A stretch of DNA of 11,951 bases from Deferrisomatales bacterium (lineage in GTDB: Bacteria > Desulfobacterota > Deferrisomatia > Deferrisomatales > JACRMM01), in the NCBI GenBank assembly GCA_033551855.1, contig JAWSUI010000082.1, forward strand, positions 1 through 11,951. The letters run 5' to 3'. Within the stretch, counting starts at the first letter, position 1, and the number at the start of each line of letters is the position of its first letter. The notes under the pieces are model-generated. The model was not told the DNA's origin. It made no database searches and was given only the letters and a program-made list of their open reading frames with translations. Below are positions 1 through 6,751 of this stretch, piece by piece. A program made the position numbers and the translations under genes.

Positions 1-117
1 TGCTTTGAAAAAGGATCTGGCATGGGGCCTTCTGGATGAGTGAGGCCGTCAGTGATACCGGGCCCGTCCTGAGATCAATTGCGCCTCTCGATTGCGGGGG
101 GGGGGTGCCGTTTAGGT

Positions 118-266
118 TCATCGCCACTGGGGCCTCCTCATCAACTTCAACGTCCCCGTACTGAAGCCAGATAGCCTTCCTTGGCGTCCTTGGCGCCTTG
201 GCGGTTCAGAAGCTCCCGGCGTCCCCCGCACCTTGGCGGTTCCGTCCCTCTTCCTGTCTCTGCGGT
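118..266 (+). mobile_element. Partial copy of GxxExxY-derived miniature repeat element (deleted gene remnant HRHWGLLINFNVPVLK plus right arm)
   Basis: 118-166 is nearly identical to 1181-1230. It is followed by atagccttccttggcgtccttggcgccttggcggttca (arm 180-206), which matches 1258-1295. There is an extra ccttggcggtt at 231-241 and ctctgcggt at 258-266. No left arm is visible. Confidence 0.7.
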
Positions 267-349
267 AGCCCGCTTGCCCCAGATGTCGGAAGACGATAGC
301 CTGCTGGTGTGTGGTCTCGCGGTCACCGCTGTGCAACAGGGAGAGACCC

Positions 350-556
350 TTGCGCCTGGAAATTTCCGAAACCGTGAAGTCCTTGCCGAAGGTCCTGGCG
401 CTGGTGGCCAAGGGTGAGTCGGTTGTGCTTTGCGATCAGGCACGCCCCGTAGCCGAGATTCGGCCCATCCCGAGTCACCTCCGGGAACCCCGCCCCATCG
501 GTCTGGCCAAGGGGAAATTCACAGTGCCCCAAGAGTTCTTCGAACCTCTATCGTAG
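350..556 (+). CDS. Phd/YefM-family type II antitoxin, divergent and probably C-terminally shortened; no cognate toxin adjacent
   Basis: Sequence ...VLALVAKGESVVLCDQARPVAEIRPI...PRPIGLAKGKFTVPQEFFEPL fits Phd/YefM antitoxins that normally precede PIN toxins. TTG at 350 follows GGGAGA (ORF track starts at 311). Confidence 0.7.
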   Translation: MRLEISETVKSLPKVLALVAKGESVVLCDQARPVAEIRPIPSHLREPRPIGLAKGKFTVPQEFFEPLS

Positions 557-585
557 ATCCATGATGGCAAGAGTCTGGACGAGAC

Positions 586-876
586 ATGGCCATGCTCTTC
601 GAGTGGGATCCAAGAAAAGCTCAACGAAACAAGAGGGTGCACGCGGTCTCCTTCGACGAGGCGAGCACGGCATTTAGCGACCCGCTGTCCAGCACGATCG
701 AGGACCCGCTTCACTCGGAAGACGAACAGCGTTACGTCCTTCTCGGTCGTTCCCATCGCGGCCGGCTCCTTGTCGTGGTCCACACGGAGCGGGGAGAGCG
801 GATTCGGCTCATCAGCGCCCGACTCGCAACGAATCGAGAGAGGAAGCAATATGAAGAAGCACCGAGCGGACCCTGA
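586..876 (+). CDS. brnT: BrnT-family type II toxin (ribonuclease, DUF497)
   Basis: Hallmark motifs FEWDPRKAQRN..H.VSFDEA..F.DP, HSEDEQRY..LG and RIRLISARLAT.RER..Y. The start could be 586 or 592. Confidence 0.92.
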   Translation: MAMLFEWDPRKAQRNKRVHAVSFDEASTAFSDPLSSTIEDPLHSEDEQRYVLLGRSHRGRLLVVVHTERGERIRLISARLATNRERKQYEEAPSGP

Positions 877-1069
877 CATCCTCGAAGAGTATGACTTCTC
901 CGGCAGGATCCGAGGGAAGTACGCCGAGCGGTACGCCGAAGGAACCAACGTGGTCGTCATCGACCCCGACTTGACCGAGTATTTTCCCGACCACGACGCC
1001 GTGAACGGAGCCCTCCGGAGCCTCGTCCAAATCATAAAGGCAAAGGAGCGGGGACGAACTACGGCGTGA
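851..1069 (+). CDS. BrnA-like antitoxin partner of BrnT (72 aa)
   Basis: ATG at 851 follows GAGAGGAAG and overlaps the brnT 3' end. EYDFSG.IRGKY...VVIDPDL..YFPD..AVN.ALR is typical of small proteins encoded downstream of brnT. Confidence 0.78.
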   Translation: MKKHRADPDILEEYDFSGRIRGKYAERYAEGTNVVVIDPDLTEYFPDHDAVNGALRSLVQIIKAKERGRTTA

Positions 1070-1083
1070 ACGGGTCGGGGAGG

Positions 1084-1294
1084 GAACCGCCAAGGCACCA
1101 AGGTCGCCAGGGGGGAACCGCAGAGGCGGGGGAGAGGTTGGCGGGTTGGCGCGGGAGGTGATCGGGGCGGCCGTTGAAGCTCACCGCCACCTGGGCCTCC
1201 TCATCAACTTCAACGTCCCCGTCTTGAAGCAGGGCATTCGAAGAGAGGCGCCCCCAAATAGCCTTCCTTGGCGTCCTTGGCGTCTTGGCGGTTC
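1084..1294. mobile_element. Complete miniature element: left arm + internally deleted GxxExxY gene + inverted right arm
   Basis: Left arm aaccgccaaggcaccaaggtcgccagg (1085-1111) is the reverse complement of right arm cttggcgtccttggcgtcttggcggtt (1267-1293) at 23/27 positions. No target-site duplication is seen. Confidence 0.72.
1146..1244 (+). pseudogene. GxxExxY protein (PDDEXK_3) remnant with large internal deletion
   Basis: Translates as LAREVIGAAVEAHRHLG-LLINFNVPVLKQGIRR. This is the family N-terminal motif (IGAAIEVHRxLG) fused directly to the C-terminal motif (LGLLINFNVxxLKxGIxR). The GxxExxY motif and nuclease core are missing. Confidence 0.8.
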
Positions 1295-1429
1295 AAGGGC
1301 TCCTGGGCCTTCTTCGTTCTTCCCGAAAGCCTGGTAAACTGGAGCGTGTGCTGCCGGCCGCGAGGCCCGAGGTCGCCTCGCGGATCGGGTGCATCTCCGT
1401 CCCGTGCGACCTCACGCGGGGGAAGGGCC

Positions 1430-4090
1430 ATGACGCGGAAGACGCTACTTCTTGCGATCCTTTGCCTTCTCGGTTTCTCCATAGGCTGTGGCGGCGGGGG
1501 AGGGGGCGGCGACCCGGGTCCCACGGACACCACGCCGCCGGTCGTGGTGAGCCGCACGCCCGCCCCCGATGCCACGGCCGTGGCGGTGGGGGCTACCATC
1601 ACGGCGACCTTCTCCGAGGCCCTGGACCCGTCGACGATCACCGCCGCGACCTTCACCCTCAGCGGGCCCTCCGGTGAGGCAGCTGGTTCGGTCATCTACA
1701 GTGGTGTCACAGCGACGTTCACACCCTCGGCGAGCCTGGCCCACTCCACAACCTACACGGCGACCGTCACCACGGGGGTCCGCGACCTGGCCGGCAACGC
1801 CCTGACGTCGCCCGTCTCCTGGACCTTCACCACCGCCGCCGCGCCCGACACCACTCCACCCGACACCACGCCGCCGGCCGTCGTAAGCCGGGTGCCGCCC
1901 CCGGGTGCCACGGGTGTGGCCGTGGATATCTCTGTCACGGCGACCTTCTCCGAGGCCCTGGACCCGTCGACGATCACCGCGGCCACCTTCACTCTCAGCG
2001 GCCCGTCGGGGGCCGTGGCCGGGACGGTGCACTACGCGGGCACGACTGCCACTTTTACCCCGGCGGGAGACCTCTGGCCCGGAACCGCCTACAGCGCCAC
2101 GATCGCCGCCGGGGTGCGCGACCTCGCCGGCAATCCCCTGGGTGCGGACCACACCTGGTCCTTCACCACGGGCACCGAGTACAGCGACCCGCTCAGCGGC
2201 ATGGAATTCGTCTGGGTGCCGCCGGGAACCTTCGAGCGGGGCGAGCCGTACACCACCGAGAGAGGTGCTCCCTACTATCCCTACTGCACGTTCGTCGATG
2301 GGTGGCCCTGTTCGCGCGAGCAGCCCTCCCACCCGGTCACCCTCACCCGGGGCTTCTACCTGGCCAAGCACGAGGTCACCCAGGCCCAGTGGGAAGCGGT
2401 GATGGGGTCGAACCCGTCCTACTTCCAGCCGGCCAACGGTTTCACGGCCTGCCCCGATTGCCCGGTGGACCGCGTCTCCTGGAACGACGCGCAAGAGTTC
2501 GTCGCACTCCTCAACGCGGCCACGGGCAAGACCTACCGCCTCCCCACCGATGCCGAGTGGGAGTGGGCGGCCAAGGGCGGTCCGCTCTCCCAGGGGTACA
2601 AATTCGCAGGCTCGGACGACCCGGACGAGGTGGCCTGGTGGTGCGACGGCGAGGACTACGAAGTCGACTTCTGGTTCTGCGTGATGGAGTACCGCCCCTC
2701 CCCGGTGGGCCGGAAACTCCCCAACGAGCTGGGCCTCTACGACATGAGCGGCAACGTCTTCGAGTGGGTGCAGGACTATTTCGACTACTACCCCCCCTAT
2801 CCGGTCACGGATCCCGAGGTGCTGGTCCCGAACGCTTGTTCATACCACCCGGCCCGGGTCATTCGCGGCGGCGGGTACATGTATGACTGGTGGATCTCCT
2901 ACGTGCACCCGACACGCCGCACCGGCGGCTGGCCCGACCTGGGCCGGACCGACGTCGGGGTGCGACTGGCCTTGTCCCCCGATGGCTCGAACGGCTCGGC
3001 CCCCGCTCCGGACGGGCTTGCCGCCCCTACCGGCCTCACCGCCACCCCCGGAAGCAACCACGTCCTGCTCACCTGGAACGGTGTCCCGGGCACCGGCTCG
3101 TACCGCGTCTACTGGGGAACCCACCCCGGCGTCACCACGGGCAACGCCCTCGGCGGGGAGACCGCGGCCCCCGTCTTTCTCCACGACGGCCTGGCGCCGG
3201 GGCAGACCTACCACTACCGGGTGGCGTCGGTCGATGCGGAAGGGGAGGGCGCGCTGTCGCAGGAGCGTTCGGCCCTCCCCGGGCTCTCCCACGCCGACTA
3301 CGTCGAGCCCGTCACCGGGATGGAGCTCGTGTGGGTCGAGCCGGGAAGCTTCGAGATGGGGGACACCTTCGGGGACTGTGCCACGTGGTCGTGGGCGGAC
3401 ACGTGCGACGTCGAGCAGCCGGTCCACACGGTGACCCTCACCCGGGGCTTCTACATGGGTGTCTACGAGGTCACACAGGCCCAGTGGGAAGCGGTGATGG
3501 GGTCGAACCCGTCGTCCTTCCAGCCGGACCGGTGCTACCCCGCCTGCCCCACGTGCCCGGTGGAAGGCGTCTCCTGGGACGACACCCAGGTCTTTCTCCA
3601 GGAACTGAACCAGCAGACGGGCAAGAACTTCCGTCTCCCCACGGAAGCCGAGTGGGAGTACGCCGCCAGAGGGGGGCCCGACTCCCAGGGGTTCCGGTAC
3701 GCCGGCTCCGACGACCCGTACGAGGTGGCCTGGAACTGGGACGACTCGGGGAAACGCACCCGCCGCGTCGGCCAGAAGCTGCCCAACGAGCTGGGCCTCT
3801 ACGACATGAGCGGCAACGTGTGGGAGTGGGTACAGGACTGGTTCGACTACTACCCGCCCGACCCCGTCACGGACCCCCAGGGCCCCCCGTCGCCGACCGA
3901 TCCCCACGGGTGGGGTTGGGGGCGGGTGACGCGGGGAGGCGGCTTTGACCACGTTGCCTGGTCGAGCTTCTGGAAACCCCTGCGGCCGACGTACCGCTAC
4001 TACTTCGAGGAGCCGGCCGGGTTCGATCCTTGGGATCAATCCAGCGAGGGGCGCGATCAACGGGGACTGCGCCTGGTCTTGCCCGAGTGA
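1430..4090 (+). CDS. Lipoprotein (886 aa) with two Big_5/SbsA Ig-like domains, FGE-sulfatase (SUMF1/EgtB/PvdO, C-type lectin fold) domain, FN3 domain and second FGE domain
   Basis: ATG 1430 follows GGGGAAGG. Signal peptide MTRKTLLLAILCLLGFSIG-C with poly-Gly linker. DTTPP.VVSR.P...ITATFSEALDPSTIT..VRDLAGN occurs twice. EVTQAQWEAVMGSNPS, RLPT.AEWE.AA.GG, PNELGLYDMSGNV.EWVQD and RV.RGG each occur twice. An FN3-like APTGLTATPG..V.LTW...Y.VYW...TYHYRVASV segment lies between the FGE domains. Confidence 0.9.
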   Translation: MTRKTLLLAILCLLGFSIGCGGGGGGGDPGPTDTTPPVVVSRTPAPDATAVAVGATITATFSEALDPSTITAATFTLSGPSGEAAGSVIYSGVTATFTPSASLAHSTTYTATVTTGVRDLAGNALTSPVSWTFTTAAAPDTTPPDTTPPAVVSRVPPPGATGVAVDISVTATFSEALDPSTITAATFTLSGPSGAVAGTVHYAGTTATFTPAGDLWPGTAYSATIAAGVRDLAGNPLGADHTWSFTTGTEYSDPLSGMEFVWVPPGTFERGEPYTTERGAPYYPYCTFVDGWPCSREQPSHPVTLTRGFYLAKHEVTQAQWEAVMGSNPSYFQPANGFTACPDCPVDRVSWNDAQEFVALLNAATGKTYRLPTDAEWEWAAKGGPLSQGYKFAGSDDPDEVAWWCDGEDYEVDFWFCVMEYRPSPVGRKLPNELGLYDMSGNVFEWVQDYFDYYPPYPVTDPEVLVPNACSYHPARVIRGGGYMYDWWISYVHPTRRTGGWPDLGRTDVGVRLALSPDGSNGSAPAPDGLAAPTGLTATPGSNHVLLTWNGVPGTGSYRVYWGTHPGVTTGNALGGETAAPVFLHDGLAPGQTYHYRVASVDAEGEGALSQERSALPGLSHADYVEPVTGMELVWVEPGSFEMGDTFGDCATWSWADTCDVEQPVHTVTLTRGFYMGVYEVTQAQWEAVMGSNPSSFQPDRCYPACPTCPVEGVSWDDTQVFLQELNQQTGKNFRLPTEAEWEYAARGGPDSQGFRYAGSDDPYEVAWNWDDSGKRTRRVGQKLPNELGLYDMSGNVWEWVQDWFDYYPPDPVTDPQGPPSPTDPHGWGWGRVTRGGGFDHVAWSSFWKPLRPTYRYYFEEPAGFDPWDQSSEGRDQRGLRLVLPE
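1599..1980 (+). repeat. Intragenic duplication of the Ig-like domain (46-bp identical block, 336-bp period)
   Basis: tcacggcgaccttctccgaggccctggacccgtcgacgatcaccgc is identical at 1599-1644 and 1935-1980. Confidence 0.9.
2381..3819 (+). repeat. Intragenic duplication of the FGE domain (38-bp identical blocks)
   Basis: 2381-2418 equals 3476-3513, and 2720-2757 equals 3782-3819. Confidence 0.9.
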
Positions 4091-4191
4091 AAGAGAGAAA
4101 ATGGAGCCCGTGCGTCGGCGCCGGGCCCCCCGGACGGCTGCTATGTCAATTTGCACGAAGCGGCAGCAGTGAATCTGCCAAGGTTCACCGG

Positions 4192-4540
4192 AACCGCAGA
4201 GACACAAAAGGAACTGGGGACCGCCAAGGCGCCAAGGACGCCAAGGGGGAACCGGGGAGGCGAGGGGGAACTGGGGACCGCCAAGGCGCCAAGTACGCCA
4301 GGGGGGAATCGCAGGGGCGAGGGGCGCGCCGAGAGAACCACGAGGCAAATGGTATGGAGGGCGGGCACCGGGGGGTAACCTTCCCCCCAAGACTTAGCGC
4401 TCGTCTCTGCTTCCTCCGCCTCTCTGCAGTCCAGAACCCACTTGGCGACCTTGGCGTCTTGGCGGTTCAAGAGCTCTTGGCGACCTTGGCGTCTTGGCGG
4501 TTCAAGAGCTCCCGGCGACCTTGGCGTCTTGGCGGTTGAA
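4192..4540. repeat. Third copy of the repeat element, gene-less, with tandemly amplified arms
   Basis: Left arms accgccaaggcgccaaggacgccaag (4220-4245) and 4277-4301 form a 57-bp-period tandem. Right arms cttggcgaccttggcgtcttggcggttcaagagct form a 35-bp tandem at 4441, 4476 and 4511. An aaccgcagag motif lies at 4192. Confidence 0.85.
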
Positions 4541-4586
4541 GGGCCACTGCGGGTTCGCTCGCAACAGGCAGAAGGGCAGGGCTCGT

Positions 4587-5507
4587 GTGCTCGGATCGAT
4601 AAGGCGCCGCACCGGCAGGCTCGCCGCCAGGGGGGGCACGCGGCTGCGACAGGCTCATCTCTGGCTCACGGGGCGATCCGTCTCCAAGAGGGACCTCCTC
4701 GAAGGGCTTCGAGACCTCGGCATCGAGCGGGGCGACGTGATCTTCGTCCACTCGTCGCTGGGCAGCCTCGGGTACGTGCGTGGGGGGCCCCGGGCCGTGA
4801 TCGAGTCGCTGTACGAAGCGGTCGGCCCCGAGGGCACCCTGATGGTGCCCACCTACTTCGTGCCGGGAGGAACGGTCCTCGCCGCCGCCCGGACCCCCGG
4901 TTACGTCTTCGATCCCCGAAGACACGGAGCCAACCTGGGAGCGCTTCCGTCGGCGTTCCTGAAGTTTCCGGGCATCGAGCGCAGCATCCACCCGACCCAC
5001 TCGGTCTCCGCCGTGGGGAAGCAGGCCAGGTACGTCACGGAAGGCCACCATCGCGCACCCTCCATCTTCGGGGCCGGATCTCCCTGGGATCGGCTGATCG
5101 AGCTGGGCGGCAAGGTGGTCGGCCTGGGGGTCAGCATGGGGCCGATCAGCTTCTACCACGTCCTGCAGGATCGGGTGCTCGACGCCTACCCGATCCCGGT
5201 CCACCTCAAGGAGACCTTTGTCATGAAGTGCCGCGACTGGGACGGGAACTTGAACGAGGTCCCCGTGCGCGCCTACGACCCCGCCCACGCGGTCCGAAGG
5301 ATCGACCAGAAGGGGCGCGAGGATCTGCGCCGGTATTTCTGGAGGGAGTTCGAGAGGGCCGGGTTGCTCAATTCTGGCCGCGTCGGGGAAGCCACCGCGT
5401 GGTTCATCCCGGCCCGCCAATTCTACGAGCACCTGCACCGGCTGATGCTCGAGGGCATCACCACGTACTCCACGCCGGAGGAGTTCGAGCGCAGGCCGAT
5501 TTCTTGA
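4587..5507 (+). CDS. AAC(3)/YokD-family (Antibiotic_NAT) N-acetyltransferase-like protein
   Basis: Motifs LRDLGIERGDVIFVHSSLGSLGYV.GG, GPEGTLMVPT, RSIHPTHSVSAVG.QA, FGAGSPW..L and GKVVGLGV. GTG 4587 is chosen because the ORF-track start at 4494 lies inside the repeat. Confidence 0.88.
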   Translation: MLGSIRRRTGRLAARGGTRLRQAHLWLTGRSVSKRDLLEGLRDLGIERGDVIFVHSSLGSLGYVRGGPRAVIESLYEAVGPEGTLMVPTYFVPGGTVLAAARTPGYVFDPRRHGANLGALPSAFLKFPGIERSIHPTHSVSAVGKQARYVTEGHHRAPSIFGAGSPWDRLIELGGKVVGLGVSMGPISFYHVLQDRVLDAYPIPVHLKETFVMKCRDWDGNLNEVPVRAYDPAHAVRRIDQKGREDLRRYFWREFERAGLLNSGRVGEATAWFIPARQFYEHLHRLMLEGITTYSTPEEFERRPIS

Positions 5508-5788
5508 ACTCGGTGGTGGGAGGAAGGGCTTCAACCCCTCGTGTCCAAGAACCGCTGGGGGAAGCCGCCGAGATCTGAATTGACGCGGCGAAACAACCGG
5601 CGCCCGGTGAGGGCAACCTGGAGAATGAAATGTGCCCCCAAAGTGGGTATGGTGTGCGTCACGACAGGGCAACCGACGCGCCCCTGGCCTCAGGTCAGGA
5701 GACAAATGGGCAGTAGGCACCCAAGTCCATGTGCATGGTTACCAGTAATGCGCAAGGCGGTCTGCTTTCGAGTGGGGCGTGATTCCGA

Positions 5789-6568
5789 ATGGATCTCAAC
5801 GTACCGACTCTTCGCCCCAAAGCAGATTCGGCAGCGGCATCGGGCGCCTGCGGAAGAGGAATAGAAGCTCTGAGAATCAATGTGGGGAAAGCGGGCAGAG
5901 CGGCCCGCCGTTTCGTGCGGTTGGACCTGTTCCTCCTTCTGCCTCTCATGCTTGCGGTTCCGAAGTGCAAACAACTCTTTTCCAGGGTGTCCCGCACCGT
6001 GGATGACCCCGCGCAACCGATCGCCGACCCACCGCCGCGCGAGCAAAAAGTTCTCGAGCTGATGATCGGCAGATATTTCTTTCACGCTGAAAGGGGTGAT
6101 TGGCCGGGGCATTGTCAATCGATTCCGATCCGAAAGATCATGCCTGATTGGCTCTACGCGCGCTGGCTCGACTTGCTGGAGCTTTTCGAGCAGGGCTGGA
6201 AAAGCGTGGTCTGGCGACACGAAACGACCAAGTATTACAGGATTCAAACGAAATTTCTTGGGAGTCTTCGTGCCAAGCTGAAGGTGCTCGAGTATTTTAG
6301 GCTGTTCCGTACTCTGAAGCGGCACGGGTACCAGGAAGGTAAGGGGCTTCCCATGATCCTGCTGGCCGAAGGAGCCGCGTTCGTAAGAGTCGATGGCGCA
6401 CACAGATCGACGGTACTTCGGCATCTAGGCTACGCAGAGGTTCCAGTACACGTGCTTCGTTTGAGCGATCTGGAGCTTCTGCCTGTGGAGAGTGACGAGG
6501 AGGCAAAGGCGGTCCGCTGGTTCAAGGAGCGGTGTGAACGGGAAGGGCCTTTGGAGGCAAAGTCTTAG
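5789..6568 (+). CDS. Hypothetical protein with C-terminal ParB/sulfiredoxin-like N-terminal-type domain
   Basis: LFRTLKRHGYQ...P.ILL.......VDGAHRSTVLRHLGYAEVPVHV, with the DGxHR motif at 6392-6406. The start is uncertain (5789 or GTG 5882). Confidence 0.65.
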   Translation: MDLNVPTLRPKADSAAASGACGRGIEALRINVGKAGRAARRFVRLDLFLLLPLMLAVPKCKQLFSRVSRTVDDPAQPIADPPPREQKVLELMIGRYFFHAERGDWPGHCQSIPIRKIMPDWLYARWLDLLELFEQGWKSVVWRHETTKYYRIQTKFLGSLRAKLKVLEYFRLFRTLKRHGYQEGKGLPMILLAEGAAFVRVDGAHRSTVLRHLGYAEVPVHVLRLSDLELLPVESDEEAKAVRWFKERCEREGPLEAKS

Positions 6569-6751
6569 GCTCGCGCTTGACGGTGTTCGTGTACAAAGGT
6601 TTTCGCCCTGCGCGTGGAATCGAACCGCGAGCAGCACCAGATTAGAGGTGCCAAAGATTCCGCTTTCGTGGTCCAAGTACCTATTTGGTGCCTCCCGCCC
6701 GCCCGATGGCAATGCCGAGGTTCTCCGGGGCCGCAGGCAGCACACCGTGCG

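Noticed and set aside
1..105. Possible gene 3' end (ALKKDLAWGLLDE-stop at 43) and G10 tract at 96-105
   Set aside because: The fragment is too short to identify. The G tract is not in a recognisable gene or promoter, so phase variation is unsupported.
1340..1354. Sigma-54-like tggagcgtgtgctgc upstream of the lipoprotein gene
   Set aside because: GG-N10-GC spacing is right but there are several consensus mismatches, which is expected by chance at this GC content.
1268..1429. N-terminal extension of the 940-aa ORF, and the similar MASLAPWRF/MATLASWRF/NRQDAKDAK ORFs at 118, 181, 4141, 4442 and 4494
   Set aside because: These are translations of the repeat arms. The lipoprotein signal peptide and RBS indicate a start at 1430.
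4091..4440. DGR template repeat or IMH hairpin downstream of the FGE gene
   Set aside because: There is no AAC-rich copy of the C-terminal region and no RT or avd gene in the window. Only a weak ccgg hairpin is present.
4441..4540. CRISPR-like array of ~27-bp repeats
   Set aside because: The linkers are only 8 bp and identical (caagagct), so there are no unique spacers, and no cas genes are present. It is a tandem repeat of the element arm.
1445..5720. Long alternative-frame and antisense ORFs (1445-2494, 2840-4390, 2890-3948, 4442-5578, 4467-5720)
   Set aside because: They are shadow ORFs of high-GC genes, Arg/Gly/Pro-rich, with no recognisable motifs.
5690..6424. 244-aa minus-strand ORF
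   Set aside because: It overlaps the + strand ORF carrying the DGxHR motif and has no motif of its own.
6590..6608. Enhancer-binding-protein site (tgtacaaaggttttcgcc)
   Set aside because: The right half lacks the ACA needed for a TGT-N11-ACA palindrome, so it is too weak to call.
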